Source: Eledone cirrhosa
Taxonomy: Eukaryota
DNA length: 64,000 bases
Reading direction: 5' to 3'
Assembly (NCBI GenBank): GCA_964016885.1
Contig: OZ024740.1
Location: forward strand, 418,500,001-418,564,000
Under the pieces are notes generated by a model. That model did no database searches and was not told the DNA's origin. It saw nothing but the letters and a program-made list of their open reading frames with translations. This document shows, one piece after another, positions 1 to 41,562 of this stretch (position 1 is the stretch's first letter; the number at the start of each line of letters is the position of its first letter). The translations under genes were made by a program, and so were the position numbers.

Positions 1-3000
1 CTGTACTGACCACACTTGGTCAATTGTGGTCATGTCAGGGGTGTAGCTGTACTGACCACACTTGGTCAATTGTGGTCATGTCAGGGGTGTAGCTGTACTG
101 ACCACACTTGGTCAATTGTGGTCATGTCAGTGGTGTAGCTGTACTGACCACACTTGGTTAATGTGGACATGTCAGGAGTGTAGCTGTACTGACCACACTT
201 GGTTAATGTGGACATGTCAGGAGTGTAGCTGTACTGACCACACTTGGTCAATTGTGGTCATGTCAGGAGTGTAGCTGTACTGACCACACTTGGTCAATTA
301 TGGTCATGTCAGGAGTGTAGCTGTACTGACCACACTTTGTTAATGTGGACATGTCAGGAGTATAGCTGTCCTGACCACACTTGGTCAATTGTGGTCATGT
401 CAGGAGTGTAGCTGTACTGACCACACTTGGTCAATTGTGGTCATGTCAGGAGTGTAGCTGTACTGACCACACTTGGTTAATTTGGACATGTCAGGAGTGT
501 AGCTGTACTGACCACACTTGGTTAATGTGGACATGTCAGGAGTGTAGCTGTACTGACCACACTTAGTCAATTGTGGTCATGTCAGGGGTGTAGCTGTACT
601 GACTACACTTGGTTAATTGTTGTCATGTCAGGGGTGTAGCTGTACTGACCACACTTGGTCAATTGTGGTCATGTCAGGAGTGTAGCTGTACTGACCACAC
701 TTGGTCAATTATGGTCATGTCAGGAGTGTAGCTGTACTGACCACACTTGGTTAATGTGGACATGTCAGGAGTATAGCTGTCCTGACCACACTTGGTCAAT
801 TGTGGTCATGTCAGGAGTGTAGCTGTACTGACCACACTTGGTCAATTGTGGTCATGTCAGGAGTGTAGCTGTACTGACCACACTTGGTTAATGTGGACAT
901 GTCAGGAGTGTAGCTGTACTGACCACACTTGGTTAATTGTGGTCATGTCAGGGGTGTAGCTGTACTGACCACACTTAGTCAATTGTGGTCATGTCAAGAG
1001 AGTAGCCGTACTGACCACACTTGCTCAATTGTGGTCATGTCAGGGGTGTAGCTGTACTGACCACACTTGGTCAATTGTGGTCATGTCAGGAGTGTAGCTG
1101 TACTGACCACACTTGGTCAATTATGGTCATGTCAGGGGTGTAGCTGTACTGACCACACTTGGTCAATTATGGTCATGTCAGGAGTGTAGCTGTACTGACC
1201 ACACTTGGTCAATTATGGTCATGTCAGGGGTGTAGCTGTACTGACCGCACTTGGTTAATGTGGACATGTCAGGGGTGTAGTTGTACTGACCACACTTGGT
1301 CAATTGTGGTCATGTCAGGGGTGTAGCTGTACTGACCACACTTGGTTAATTGTTATGTCAGGGGTGTAGCTGTACTGACCACACTTGGTTAATGTGGACA
1401 TGTCAGGGGTGTAGCCGTACTGACCACACTTGGTCAAGTGTGGTCATGTCAGAGGTGTAGCTGTACTGACCACACTTGGTCAATTGTGGTCATGTCAGGA
1501 GTGTAGCTGTACTGACCACACTTGGTTAATGTGGACATGTCAGGAGTGTAGCTGTACTGACCACACTTAGTCAATTGTGGTCATGTCAGGAGTGTAGCTG
1601 TACTGACCACACTTGGTTAATGTGGACATGTCAGGAGTGTAGCTGTACTGACCACACTTGGTCAATTGTGGTCATGTCAGGGGTGTAGCTGTACTGACCA
1701 CACTTGGTCAATTGTGGTCATGTCAGGGGTGTAGCTGTACTGACCACACTTAGTCAATTGTGGTCATGTCAGGGGTGTAGCTGTACTGACCACACTTGGT
1801 CAATTGTGGTCATGTCAGGGGTGTAGCTGTACTGACCACACTTGGTCAATTGTGGTCATGTCAGGGGTGTAGCTGTACTGACCACACTTGGTCAATTGTG
1901 GTCATGTCAGGGGTGTAGCTGTACTGACCACACTTGGTCAATTGTGGTCATGTCAGGGGTGTAGCTGTACTGACCACACTTGGTCAATTGTGGTCATGTC
2001 AGGGGTGTAGCTGTACTGACCACACTTGGTAAATTGTGGTCATGTCAGGGGTGTAGCTGTACTGACCACACTTGGTCAATTGTGGTCATGTCAGTGGTGT
2101 AGCTGTACTGACCACACTTGGTTAATGTGGACATGTCAGGAGTGTAGCTGTACTGACCACACTTGGTCAATTGTGGTCATGTCAGGAGTGTAGCTGTACT
2201 GACCACACTTGGTCAATTATGGTCATGTCAGGAGTGTAGCTGTACTGACCACACTTTGTTAATGTGGACATGTCAGGAGTATAGCTGTCCTGACCACACT
2301 TGGTCAATTGTGGTCATGTCAGGAGTGTAGCTGTACTGACCACACTTGGTCAATTGTGGTCATGTCAGGAGTGTAGCTGTACTGACCACACTTGGTTAAT
2401 TTGGACATGTCAGGAGTGTAGCTGTACTGACCACACTTAGTCAATTGTGGTCATGTCAGGGGTGTAGCTGTACTGACTACACTTGGTTAATTGTTGTCAT
2501 GTCAGGGGTGTAGCTGTACTGACCACACTTGGTCAATTGTGGTCATGTCAGGAGTGTAGCTGTACTGACCACACTTGGTCAATTATGGTCATGTCAGGAG
2601 TGTAGCTGTACTGACCACACTTGGTTAATGTGGACATGTCAGGAGTATAGCTGTCCTGACCACACTTGGTCAATTGTGGTCATGTCAGGAGTGTAGCTGT
2701 ACTGACCACACTTGGTCAATTGTGGTCATGTCAGGAGTGTAGCTGTACTGACCACACTTGGTTAATGTGGACATGTCAGGAGTGTAGCCGTACTGACCAC
2801 ACTTGCTCAATTGTGGTCATGTCAGGGGTGTAGCTGTACTGACTACACTTGGTTAATTGTTGTCATGTCAGGGGTGTAGCTGTACTGACCACACTTGGTC
2901 AATTGTGGTCATGTCAGGAGTGTAGCTGTACTGACCACACTTGGTCAATTATGGTCATGTCAGGAGTGTAGCTGTACTGACCACACTTGGTTAATGTGGA

Positions 3001-6000
3001 CATGTCAGGAGTATAGCTGTCCTGACCACACTTGGTCAATTGTGGTCATGTCAGGAGTGTAGCTGTACTGACCACACTTGGTCAATTGTGGTCATGTCAG
3101 GAGTGTAGCTGTACTGACCACACTTGGTTAATGTGGACATGTCAGGGGTGTAGCTGTACTGACCACACTTGGTCAATTATGGTCATGTCAGGGGTGTAGC
3201 TGTACTGACCACACTTGGTCAATTATGGTCATGTCAGGAGTGTAGCTGTACTGACCACACTTGGTCAATTATGGTCATGTCAGGGGTGTAGCTGTACTGA
3301 CCACACTTGGTCAATTGTGGTCATGTCAGGTGTAGCTGTACTGACCACACTTGGTCAATTGTGGTCATGTCAGGGGTGTAGCTGTACTGACCACACTTGG
3401 TCAATTGTGGTCATGTCAGGGGTGTAGCTGTACTGACCACACTTGGTCAATTGTGGTCATATCAGGAGTGTAGCTGTACTGACCACACTTGGTCAATTGT
3501 GGACATGTCACGGATGTAGTTGTACTGACCACACTTGGTCAATTGTGGTCATGTCAGGGGTGTAGCTGTACTGACCACACTTGGTTAATTGTGGACATGT
3601 CAGGGGTGTAGCTGTACTGACCACACTTGGTCAATTGTGGACATGTCAGGGGTGTCGCTGTGCTGACCACACTTGGTCAATTGTGGTTATGTCAGGGGTG
3701 TAGCTGTACTGACCACACTTGGTCAATTGTGGTCATGTCAGGGGTGTAGCTGTACTGACCACACTTGGTCAATTGTGGTCATGTCAGAGGTGTAGCTGTA
3801 CTGACCACACTTGGTCAATTGTGGTCATGTCAGGGGTGTAGCTGTACTGACCACACTTGGTCAATTGTGGTCATGTCAGTGGTGTAGCTGTACTGACCAC
3901 ACTTGGTTAATGTGGACATGTCAGGAGTGTAGCTGTACTGACCACACTTGGTCAATTGTGGTCATGTCAGGAGTGTAGCTGTACTGACCACACTTGGTCA
4001 ATTGTGGTCATGTCAGGAGTGTAGCTGTACTGACCACACTTGGTTAATGTGGACATGTCAGGAGTATAGCTGTACTGACCACACTTGGTCAATTGTGGTC
4101 ATGTCAGGAGTGTAGCTGTACTGACCACACTTGGTCAATTATGGTCATGTCAGGAGTGTAGCTGTACTGACCACACTTGGTTAATGTGGACATGTCAGGA
4201 GTGTAGCTGTACTGACCACACTTAGTCAATTGTGGTCATGTCAGGAGTGTAGCTGTACTGACCACACTTGGTTAATGTGGACATGTCAGGAGTGTAGCTG
4301 TACTGACCACACTTGGTTAATGTGGACATGTCAGGAGTGTAGCTGTACTGACCACACTTGGTCAATTGTGGTCATGTCAGGGGTGTAGCTGTACTGACCA
4401 CACTTGGTCAATTGTGGTCATGTCAGGGGTGTAGCTGTACTGACCACACTTGGTCAATTGTGGTCATGTCAGGGGTGTAGCTGTACTGACCACACTTGGT
4501 CAATTGTGGTCATGTCAGGGGTGTAGCTGTACTGACCACACTTGGTTAATGTGGACATGTCAGGGGTGTAGCCGTACTGACCACACTTGGTCAATTGTGG
4601 TCATGTCAGAGTGTAGCTGTACTGACCACACTTGGTCAATTGTGGACATGTCAGGGGTGTAGTTGTACTGACCACACTTGGTTAATTGTGGTTATGTCAG
4701 GGGTGTAGCCGTATTGACCACACTTGGTCAATTGTGGTCATGTCAGGGGTGTAGCTGTACTGACCACACTTGGTTAATTGTTATGTCAGGGGTGTAGTTG
4801 TACTGACCACACTTGGTTAATGTGGACATGTCAGGGGTGTAGCCGTACTGACCACACTTGGTCAAGTGTGGTCATGTCAGGGGTGTAGCTGTACTGACCA
4901 CACTTGGTCAATTGTGGTCATGTCAGAGGTGTAGCTGTACTGACCACACTTGGTCAATTGTGGTCATGTCAGAGGTGTAGCTGTACTGACCACACTTGGT
5001 CAATTGTGGTCATGTCAGGAGTGTAGCTGTACTGACCACACTTGGTCAAGTGTGGTCATGTCAGGAGTGTAGCTGTACTGACCACACTTGGTTAATGTGG
5101 ACATGTCAGGAGTATAGCTGTACTGACCACACTTGGTCAATTGTGGTCATGTCAGAGGTGTAGCTGTACTGACCACACTTGGTCAATTGTGGACATGTCA
5201 GGGGTGTAGTTGTACTGACCACACTTGGTTAATTGTGGTCATGTCAGGGGTGTAGCTGTACTGACCACACTTGGTCAATTGTGGACATGTCAGGGGTGTA
5301 GTTGTACTGACCACACTTGGTTAATTGTGGTTATGTCAGGGGTGTAGCCGTATTGACCACACTTGGTCAATTGTGGTCATGTCAGGGGTGTAGCTGTACT
5401 GACCACACTTGGTTAATTGTTGTTATGTCAGGGGTGTAGCTGTACTGACCACACTTGGTTAATGTGGACATGTCAGGGGTGTAGCCGTACTGACCACACT
5501 TGGTCAATTGTGGTCATGTCAGAGGTGTAGCTGTACTGACCACACTTGGTCAATTGTGGTCATGTCAGGGGTGTAGCTGTACTGACCACACTTGGTTAAT
5601 GTGGACATGTCAGGGGTGTAGCCGTACTGACCACACTTGGTCAATTGTGGTCATGTCAGAGGTGTAGCTGTACTGACCACACTTGGTCAATTGTGGTCAT
5701 GTCAGGAGTGTAGCTGTACTGACCACACTTGGTCAATTGTGGTCATGTCAGGAGTGTAGCTGTACTGACCACACTTGGTTAATGTGGACATGTCAGGAGT
5801 ATAGCTGTACTGACCACACTTGGTCAATTGTGGTCATGTCAGGAGTGTAGCTGTACTGACCACACTTGGTCAATTGTGGTCATGTCAGGAGTGTAGCTGT
5901 ACTGACCACACTTGGTCAATTGTGGTCATGTCAGGAGTGTAGCTGTACTGACCACACTTGGTTAATTGTTGTCATGTCAGAGGTGTAGCTGTACTGACCA

Positions 6001-9000
6001 CACTTGGTCAATTGTGGTCATGTCAGGAGTGTAGCTGTACTGACCACACTTGGTTAATGTGGACATGTCAGGAGTGTAGCTGTACTGACCACACTTGGTC
6101 AATTGTTGTCATGTCAGGAGTGTAGCTGTACTGACCACACTTGGTTAATGTGGACATGTCAGGAGTGTAGCTGTACTGACCACACTTGGTCAAGTGTGGT
6201 CATGTCAGGAGTGTAGCTGTACTGACGACACTTGGTCAATTGTGGTCATGTCAGGAGTGTAGCTGTACTGACCACACTTGGTTAACGTGGACATGTCAGG
6301 AGTGTAGCTGTACTGACCACACTTGGTCAATTGTGGTCATGTCAGGAGTGTAGCTGTACTGACCACACTTGATCAATTGTGGTCATGTGAGGGGTGTAGC
6401 TGTACTGACCACACTTGGTCAATTGTGGTCATGTCAGAGGTGTAGCTGTACTGACCACACTTGGTCAATTGTGGTCATGTCAGGGGTGTAGCTGTACTGA
6501 CCACACTTGGTCAATTGTGGTCATGTCAGAGGTGTAGCTGTACTGACCACACTTGGTCAATTGTGGTCATGTCAGGGGTGTAGCTGTACTGACCACACTT
6601 GGTCAATTGTGGTCATGTCAGGGGTGTAGCTGTACTGACCGCACTTGGTTAATGTGGACATGTCAGGGGTGTAGTTGTACTGACCACACTTGGTCAATTG
6701 TGGTCATGTCAGGGGTGTAGCTGTACTGACCACACTTGGTTAATTGTTATGTCAGGGGTGTAGCTGTACTGACCACACTTGGTTAATGTGGACATGTCAG
6801 GGGTGTAGCCGTACTGACCACACTTGGTCAAGTGTGGTCATGTCAGAGGTGTAGCTGTACTGACCACACTTGGTCAATTGTGGTCATGTCAGGAGTGTAG
6901 CTGTACTGACCACACTTGGTTAATGTGGACATGTCAGGAGTGTAGCTGTACTGACCACACTTAGTCAATTGTGGTCATGTCAGGAGTGTAGCTGTACTGA
7001 CCACACTTGGTTAATGTGGACATGTCAGGAGTGTAGCTGTACTGACCACACTTGGTCAATTGTGGTCATGTCAGGGGTGTAGCTGTACTGACCACACTTG
7101 GTCAATTGTGGTCATGTCAGGGGTGTAGCTGTACTGACCACACTTAGTCAATTGTGGTCATGTCAGGGGTGTAGCTGTACTGACCACACTTGGTCAATTG
7201 TGGTCATGTCAGGGGTGTAGCTGTACTGACCACACTTGGTCAATTGTGGTCATGTCAGGGGTGTAGCTGTACTGACCACACTTGGTCAATTGTGGTCATG
7301 TCAGGGGTGTAGCTGTACTGACCACACTTGGTCAATTGTGGTCATGTCAGGGGTGTAGCTGTACTGACCACACTTGGTCAATTGTGGTCATGTCAGGGGT
7401 GTAGCTGTACTGACCACACTTGGTAAATTGTGGTCATGTCAGGGGTGTAGCTGTACTGACCACACTTGGTCAATTGTGGTCATGTCAGTGGTGTAGCTGT
7501 ACTGACCACACTTGGTTAATGTGGACATGTCAGGAGTGTAGCTGTACTGACCACACTTGGTCAATTGTGGTCATGTCAGGAGTGTAGCTGTACTGACCAC
7601 ACTTGGTCAATTATGGTCATGTCAGGAGTGTAGCTGTACTGACCACACTTTGTTAATGTGGACATGTCAGGAGTATAGCTGTCCTGACCACACTTGGTCA
7701 ATTGTGGTCATGTCAGGAGTGTAGCTGTACTGACCACACTTGGTCAATTGTGGTCATGTCAGGAGTGTAGCTGTACTGACCACACTTGGTTAATTTGGAC
7801 ATGTCAGGAGTGTAGCTGTACTGACCACACTTAGTCAATTGTGGTCATGTCAGGGGTGTAGCTGTACTGACTACACTTGGTTAATTGTTGTCATGTCAGG
7901 GGTGTAGCTGTACTGACCACACTTGGTCAATTGTGGTCATGTCAGGAGTGTAGCTGTACTGACCACACTTGGTCAATTATGGTCATGTCAGGAGTGTAGC
8001 TGTACTGACCACACTTGGTTAATGTGGACATGTCAGGAGTATAGCTGTCCTGACCACACTTGGTCAATTGTGGTCATGTCAGGAGTGTAGCTGTACTGAC
8101 CACACTTGGTCAATTGTGGTCATGTCAGGAGTGTAGTTGTACTGACCACACTTGGTTAATGTGGACATGTCAGGAGTGTAGCCGTACTGACCACACTTGC
8201 TCAATTGTGGTCATGTCAGGGGTGTAGCTGTACTGACTACACTTGGTTAATTGTTGTCATGTCAGGGGTGTAGCTGTACTGACCACACTTGGTCAATTGT
8301 GGTCATGTCAGGAGTGTAGCTGTACTGACCACACTTGGTCAATTATGGTCATGTCAGGAGTGTAGCTGTACTGACCACACTTGGTTAATGTGGACATGTC
8401 AGGAGTATAGCTGTCCTGACCACACTTGGTCAATTGTGGTCATGTCAGGAGTGTAGCTGTACTGACCACACTTGGTCAATTGTGGTCATGTCAGGAGTGT
8501 AGCTGTACTGACCACACTTGGTTAATGTGGACATGTCAGGGGTGTAGCTGTACTGACCACACTTGGTCAATTATGGTCATGTCAGGGGTGTAGCTGTACT
8601 GACCACACTTGGTCAATTATGGTCATGTCAGGAGTGTAGCTGTACTGACCACACTTGGTCAATTATGGTCATGTCAGGGGTGTAGCTGTACTGACCACAC
8701 TTGGTCAATTGTGGTCATGTCAGGTGTAGCTGTACTGACCACACTTGGTCAATTGTGGTCATGTCAGGGGTGTAGCTGTACTGACCACACTTGGTCAATT
8801 GTGGTCATGTCAGGGGTGTAGCTGTACTGACCACACTTGGTCAATTGTGGTCATATCAGGAGTGTAGCTGTACTGACCACACTTGGTCAATTGTGGACAT
8901 GTCACGGATGTAGTTGTACTGACCACACTTGGTCAATTGTGGTCATGTCAGGGGTGTAGCTGTACTGACCACACTTGGTTAATTGTGGACATGTCAGGGG

Positions 9001-12000
9001 TGTAGCTGTACTGACCACACTTGGTCAATTGTGGACATGTCAGGGGTGTCGCTGTGCTGACCACACTTGGTCAATTGTGGTTATGTCAGGGGTGTAGCTG
9101 TACTGACCACACTTGGTCAATTGTGGTCATGTCAGGGGTGTAGCTGTACTGACCACACTTGGTCAATTGTGGTCATGTCAGAGGTGTAGCTGTACTGACC
9201 ACACTTGGTCAATTGTGGTCATGTCAGGGGTGTAGCTGTACTGACCACACTTGGTCAATTGTGGTCATGTCAGTGGTGTAGCTGTACTGACCACACTTGG
9301 TTAATGTGGACATGTCAGGAGTGTAGCTGTACTGACCACACTTGGTCAATTGTGGTCATGTCAGGAGTGTAGCTGTACTGACCACACTTGGTCAATTGTG
9401 GTCATGTCAGGAGTGTAGCTGTACTGACCACACTTGGTTAATGTGGACATGTCAGGAGTATAGCTGTACTGACCACACTTGGTCAATTGTGGTCATGTCA
9501 GGAGTGTAGCTGTACTGACCACACTTGGTCAATTATGGTCATGTCAGGAGTGTAGCTGTACTGACCACACTTGGTTAATGTGGACATGTCAGGAGTGTAG
9601 CTGTACTGACCACACTTAGTCAATTGTGGTCATGTCAGGAGTGTAGCTGTACTGACCACACTTGGTTAATGTGGACATGTCAGGAGTGTAGCTGTACTGA
9701 CCACACTTGGTTAATGTGGACATGTCAGGAGTGTAGCTGTACTGACCACACTTGGTCAATTGTGGTCATGTCAGGGGTGTAGCTGTACTGACCACACTTG
9801 GTCAATTGTGGTCATGTCAGGGGTGTAGCTGTACTGACCACACTTGGTCAATTGTGGTCATGTCAGGGGTGTAGCTGTACTGACCACACTTGGTCAATTG
9901 TGGTCATGTCAGGGGTGTAGCTGTACTGACCACACTTGGTTAATGTGGACATGTCAGGGGTGTAGCCGTACTGACCACACTTGGTCAATTGTGGTCATGT
10001 CAGAGTGTAGCTGTACTGACCACACTTGGTCAATTGTGGACATGTCAGGGGTGTAGTTGTACTGACCACACTTGGTTAATTGTGGTTATGTCAGGGGTGT
10101 AGCCGTATTGACCACACTTGGTCAATTGTGGTCATGTCAGGGGTGTAGCTGTACTGACCACACTTGGTTAATTGTTATGTCAGGGGTGTAGTTGTACTGA
10201 CCACACTTGGTTAATGTGGACATGTCAGGGGTGTAGCCGTACTGACCACACTTGGTCAAGTGTGGTCATGTCAGGGGTGTAGCTGTACTGACCACACTTG
10301 GTCAATTGTGGTCATGTCAGAGGTGTAGCTGTACTGACCACACTTGGTCAATTGTGGTCATGTCAGAGGTGTAGCTGTACTGACCACACTTGGTCAATTG
10401 TGGTCATGTCAGGAGTGTAGCTGTACTGACCACACTTGGTCAAGTGTGGTCATGTCAGGAGTGTAGCTGTACTGACCACACTTGGTTAATGTGGACATGT
10501 CAGGAGTATAGCTGTACTGACCACACTTGGTCAATTGTGGTCATGTCAGAGGTGTAGCTGTACTGACCACACTTGGTCAATTGTGGACATGTCAGGGGTG
10601 TAGTTGTACTGACCACACTTGGTTAATTGTGGTCATGTCAGGGGTGTAGCTGTACTGACCACACTTGGTCAATTGTGGACATGTCAGGGGTGTAGTTGTA
10701 CTGACCACACTTGGTTAATTGTGGTTATGTCAGGGGTGTAGCCGTATTGACCACACTTGGTCAATTGTGGTCATGTCAGGGGTGTAGCTGTACTGACCAC
10801 ACTTGGTTAATTGTTGTTATGTCAGGGGTGTAGCTGTACTGACCACACTTGGTTAATGTGGACATGTCAGGGGTGTAGCCGTACTGACCACACTTGGTCA
10901 ATTGTGGTCATGTCAGAGGTGTAGCTGTACTGACCACACTTGGTCAATTGTGGTCATGTCAGGGGTGTAGCTGTACTGACCACACTTGGTTAATGTGGAC
11001 ATGTCAGGGGTGTAGCCGTACTGACCACACTTGGTCAATTGTGGTCATGTCAGAGGTGTAGCTGTACTGACCACACTTGGTCAATTGTGGTCATGTCAGG
11101 AGTGTAGCTGTACTGACCACACTTGGTCAATTGTGGTCATGTCAGGAGTGTAGCTGTACTGACCACACTTGGTTAATGTGGACATGTCAGGAGTATAGCT
11201 GTACTGACCACACTTGGTCAATTGTGGTCATGTCAGGAGTGTAGCTGTACTGACCACACTTGGTCAATTGTGGTCATGTCAGGAGTGTAGCTGTACTGAC
11301 CACACTTGGTCAATTGTGGTCATGTCAGGAGTGTAGCTGTACTGACCACACTTGGTTAATTGTTGTCATGTCAGAGGTGTAGCTGTACTGACCACACTTG
11401 GTCAATTGTGGTCATGTCAGGAGTGTAGCTGTACTGACCACACTTGGTTAATGTGGACATGTCAGGAGTGTAGCTGTACTGACCACACTTGGTCAATTGT
11501 TGTCATGTCAGGAGTGTAGCTGTACTGACCACACTTGGTTAATGTGGACATGTCAGGAGTGTAGCTGTACTGACCACACTTGGTCAAGTGTGGTCATGTC
11601 AGGAGTGTAGCTGTACTGACGACACTTGGTCAATTGTGGTCATGTCAGGAGTGTAGCTGTACTGACCACACTTGGTTAACGTGGACATGTCAGGAGTGTA
11701 GCTGTACTGACCACACTTGGTCAATTGTGGTCATGTCAGGAGTGTAGCTGTACTGACCACACTTGATCAATTGTGGTCATGTGAGGGGTGTAGCTGTACT
11801 GACCACACTTGGTCAATTGTGGTCATGTCAGAGGTGTAGCTGTACTGACCACACTTGGTCAATTGTGGTCATGTCAGGGGTGTAGCTGTACTGACCACAC
11901 TTGGTCAATTGTGGTCATGTCAGAGGTGTAGCTGTACTGACCACACTTGGTCAATTGTGGTCATGTCAGGGGTGTAGCTGTACTGACCACACTTGGTCAA

Positions 12001-12232
12001 TTGTGGTCATGTCAGGGGTGTAGCTGTACTGACCACACTTGGTCAATTGTGGTCATGTCAGGGGTGTAGCTGTACTGACCACACTTGGTCAATTGTGGTC
12101 ATGTCAGGGGTGTAGCTGTACTGACCACACTTGGTCAATTGTGGTCATGTCAGGGGTGTAGCTGTACTGACCACACTTGGTCAAGTGTGGTTATGTCAGG
12201 GGTGTAGCTGTACTGACCACACTTGGTCAATT
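1..12232. repeat. Intronic 46-bp (variant 45-bp) satellite, about 265 copies, runs off the window start
   Basis: Unit CTGTACTGACCACACTTGGTCAATTGTGGTCATGTCAGG(G/A)GTGTAG with period 46 (1 to 47); variant TTGGTTAATGTGGACATG is 1 nt shorter. Confidence 0.98.
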
Positions 12233-12376
12233 GACTATGAAGCAGGTGGTACTGCGTTACATGGTACCAGTAACAGGTAGAAGCCTGTCATGACCAGATC
12301 AGATCAGCGTCTGACTATGAAGCAGGTGGTACTGGGTTACATGGTACCAGTAGCAGGCAGAAGGCTGTCATGATCA
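12232..12376. repeat. Two-copy 80-bp tandem duplication abutting the satellite
   Basis: TGACTATGAAGCAGGTGGTACTG...CTGTCATGA at 12232 and 12312. Confidence 0.85.
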
Positions 12377-12407
12377 TGGTTCTAAAATAAACAATATATA
12401 AACTTAC

Positions 12408-39267
<26,860 letters not shown>

Positions 39268-40299
39268 GGCTGAAATATATAAATAAATAAAAGTATTGAG
39301 ATAAATTAAAAATACAAAAATAATATAATCTTAAATTTTAATCCCACAACACCATCATTTATAATATATTTCTAGAATCAATGTGTTCCAACTGGAAAGG
39401 CCAGTAAAGTCAAAGAGTTTGTAAATTCAGTTTACCAACATAGAAAGTTAGCAAGAGTGAATGAAAAAGGTTTTAATGTAAAGTAATGTTAGACATTATA
39501 AATTCCACTGAGACAGAAGAAGAAATAGTTTCCCTGGCAGCAGGAACTATATAGAGTAATTGGTAATGCAATCCCCAGCATGCAATATATCATCATCTTT
39601 CAATTGTTCTTTCCATTGCTGAACTATCTACCACTTGCAACTCCTGGCAGAAGGAGCAACATAGGACATAACGCATCATCCGGTCAGGGAATCAAAATAA
39701 CAATCTCACAATTGTGAAACCAATTCTCTAACCACTAAGCCACACACCTTAACTAATAGGCAAAGAAAAAGGTTTACATTTACACCTTCATAGTGATAAG
39801 TATAAGATGGCATTGAACTGCTTGTTTGTAGATCTTGAGTTCTAGTTTACTGTCGGCTTTATATTGTGTTTCTGAGACGAACAATTTATTTTGCACCGTC
39901 TCAGTTCACTTAGCTGTCAGAAAGAGATCATCTGGGAATATTACACATAATAGTTCTGGCATTCTATCATTTGTGAGATAAATGTCTTATCTACTTCATA
40001 TCAGAGCTCAAGAGGTAATTTACATTTTACATTGAAAGCAATGCAACCAGAGAAAAAATAATTCTAAAACAGATTTTTACAATAAGAATTACAACCTAAT
40101 TAAAGTGACTGCTACCACACTGGCTTTCATTAAGGCTGATGCTAGCTTAACAAAAGCCTTGTGTAATATGAAATATGTTGAGGTGATAATGTTCTATGTA
40201 CAAGATACATACAGATAGGTGAACTGGGATACATCGTCAGTGATGTGTCATTGGTAATTCATGTCTTTCAGGTTACCTAACCAGGATTAATCAGGCCCT

Positions 40300-40740
40300 G
40301 ACATGTCCCAGCACCTCATGAATCAGCCCTTATAATCCAAAGTCACTTACTGGCTCTCATTGCCACATCTGTAAAGCCTAATTGGTTAAAGACTTTGTAT
40401 GTTGAGTGAGTGAAAAGCCTTCAGAGCCCACCTCTATGGGTTCACAGTGTATTTCCAGTCTTTGTCTTTAGAACAATGTGAAGCTGTCAGTCAGTGGCTG
40501 TATGGAGAAGACCTGTCTATTTTACTGGTGCCAATAGCTGTAGCTATGCTTTTAGCAACTGCCTTAAACACTTGGTCATGGTGCTAATGATAGGAGTATA
40601 CTTCAAGGGCTGACAAGATGTTTTTAAGATCTCCTTTCAAAACAGAGCTGGCAGGAAAGTTTCTTGCTCTTGTCCCAGAACTGAATGTCAGCTGGGCTTT
40701 ATAAGACTTTGTAGATTGCTTGGACAAGCCCATGTATTAG
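40300..40740 (-). mobile_element. Highly decayed HERO/R2-group non-LTR element fragment (restriction-like endonuclease type)
   Basis: Frameshifted minus-strand peptides IYKVL*SPADIQFW...SCQLC...NILS, HDQVFKAVAKSIATAI, CEPIEVGSEGF and RASK*LWIIR follow the order of HERO C-terminal motifs (CCHC knuckle, RHDQVL, PVEVGCRGF, ASRWLW). Confidence 0.6.
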
Positions 40741-40989
40741 CTTATCTTCCTGTCCTCTGCATTGTGTGCCATGGTACCGGGGTTTGTGGCTGGAGCAACT
40801 AAGTTGAAGACAGAGAACATGTCACAGCATGTCGCAACCCAAAATTGTTTTAAAAAGTCGATTTTAAAACAAAAAAGTTATCAAATACAAACTGAATAAA
40901 TTAGTTAAAACAATAAAAACCACCATAATGTATTTTTGTTTTAATAGATTCTACCAAAGAACAAAGGTCTTACTCTTATTCTACACAGC

Positions 40990-41165
40990 AGCTACAGGAT
41001 GGAAGACCCTGCGGCAGGCCTCACACCAGATGGCTAAATATGATTAAGGAAGATCACCAGAGGCTCGATGTCACCTTGGAGGATGCACAAGACCACCAGC
41101 GATGGAGGGCATAGGTGGACCTGGTCAGCCCTACACACAATGACGTCTCTAGTATCGCTGAGTTA
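40990..41165 (+). mobile_element. RTE-like LINE 3' fragment
   Basis: Translates to RPCGRPHTRWLNMIKEDHQRLDVTLEDAQDHQRWRA. Confidence 0.6.
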
Positions 41166-41562
41166 GGATGACCAGTCTCATCAAGCAAGAACGAAAGAAT
41201 TGATCAGCAATGTGTATTTGGTTATATAAGATTTGCAAAAAGTCAATAAGGTTAACATAACAAATTACAAGAAAGTTTACACAACCAACTAATAAATAGC
41301 TTTGATTGACATTTGTGAAGCTCAACAAATCTATAAAGTCTCTTGTCTCTTTTATATAATTTATTACTGACACCAACAACACAGGCTGATAACCCTTACC
41401 TTACTCACAGCAATTTATTCATGAGGTAAACTATTGAGAAATCGTCTCAAGCTACTGTTCTTAAACAAAGATAATTGAAAAACTTTGTAAATATTCACAC
41501 CATGCATGTTTCAAGTAATAAATACTCCCAGGAAGAATAAGAGACATTAGTTTAACCAAAGA

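Noticed and set aside
1-12232. Cys/His/Trp-rich ORFs (CSCTDHTW) suggesting a metal-binding repeat protein, or a CRISPR-like array
   Set aside because: The 46/45-bp period shifts frame and has stops; units are contiguous with no unique spacers; eukaryotic intron context
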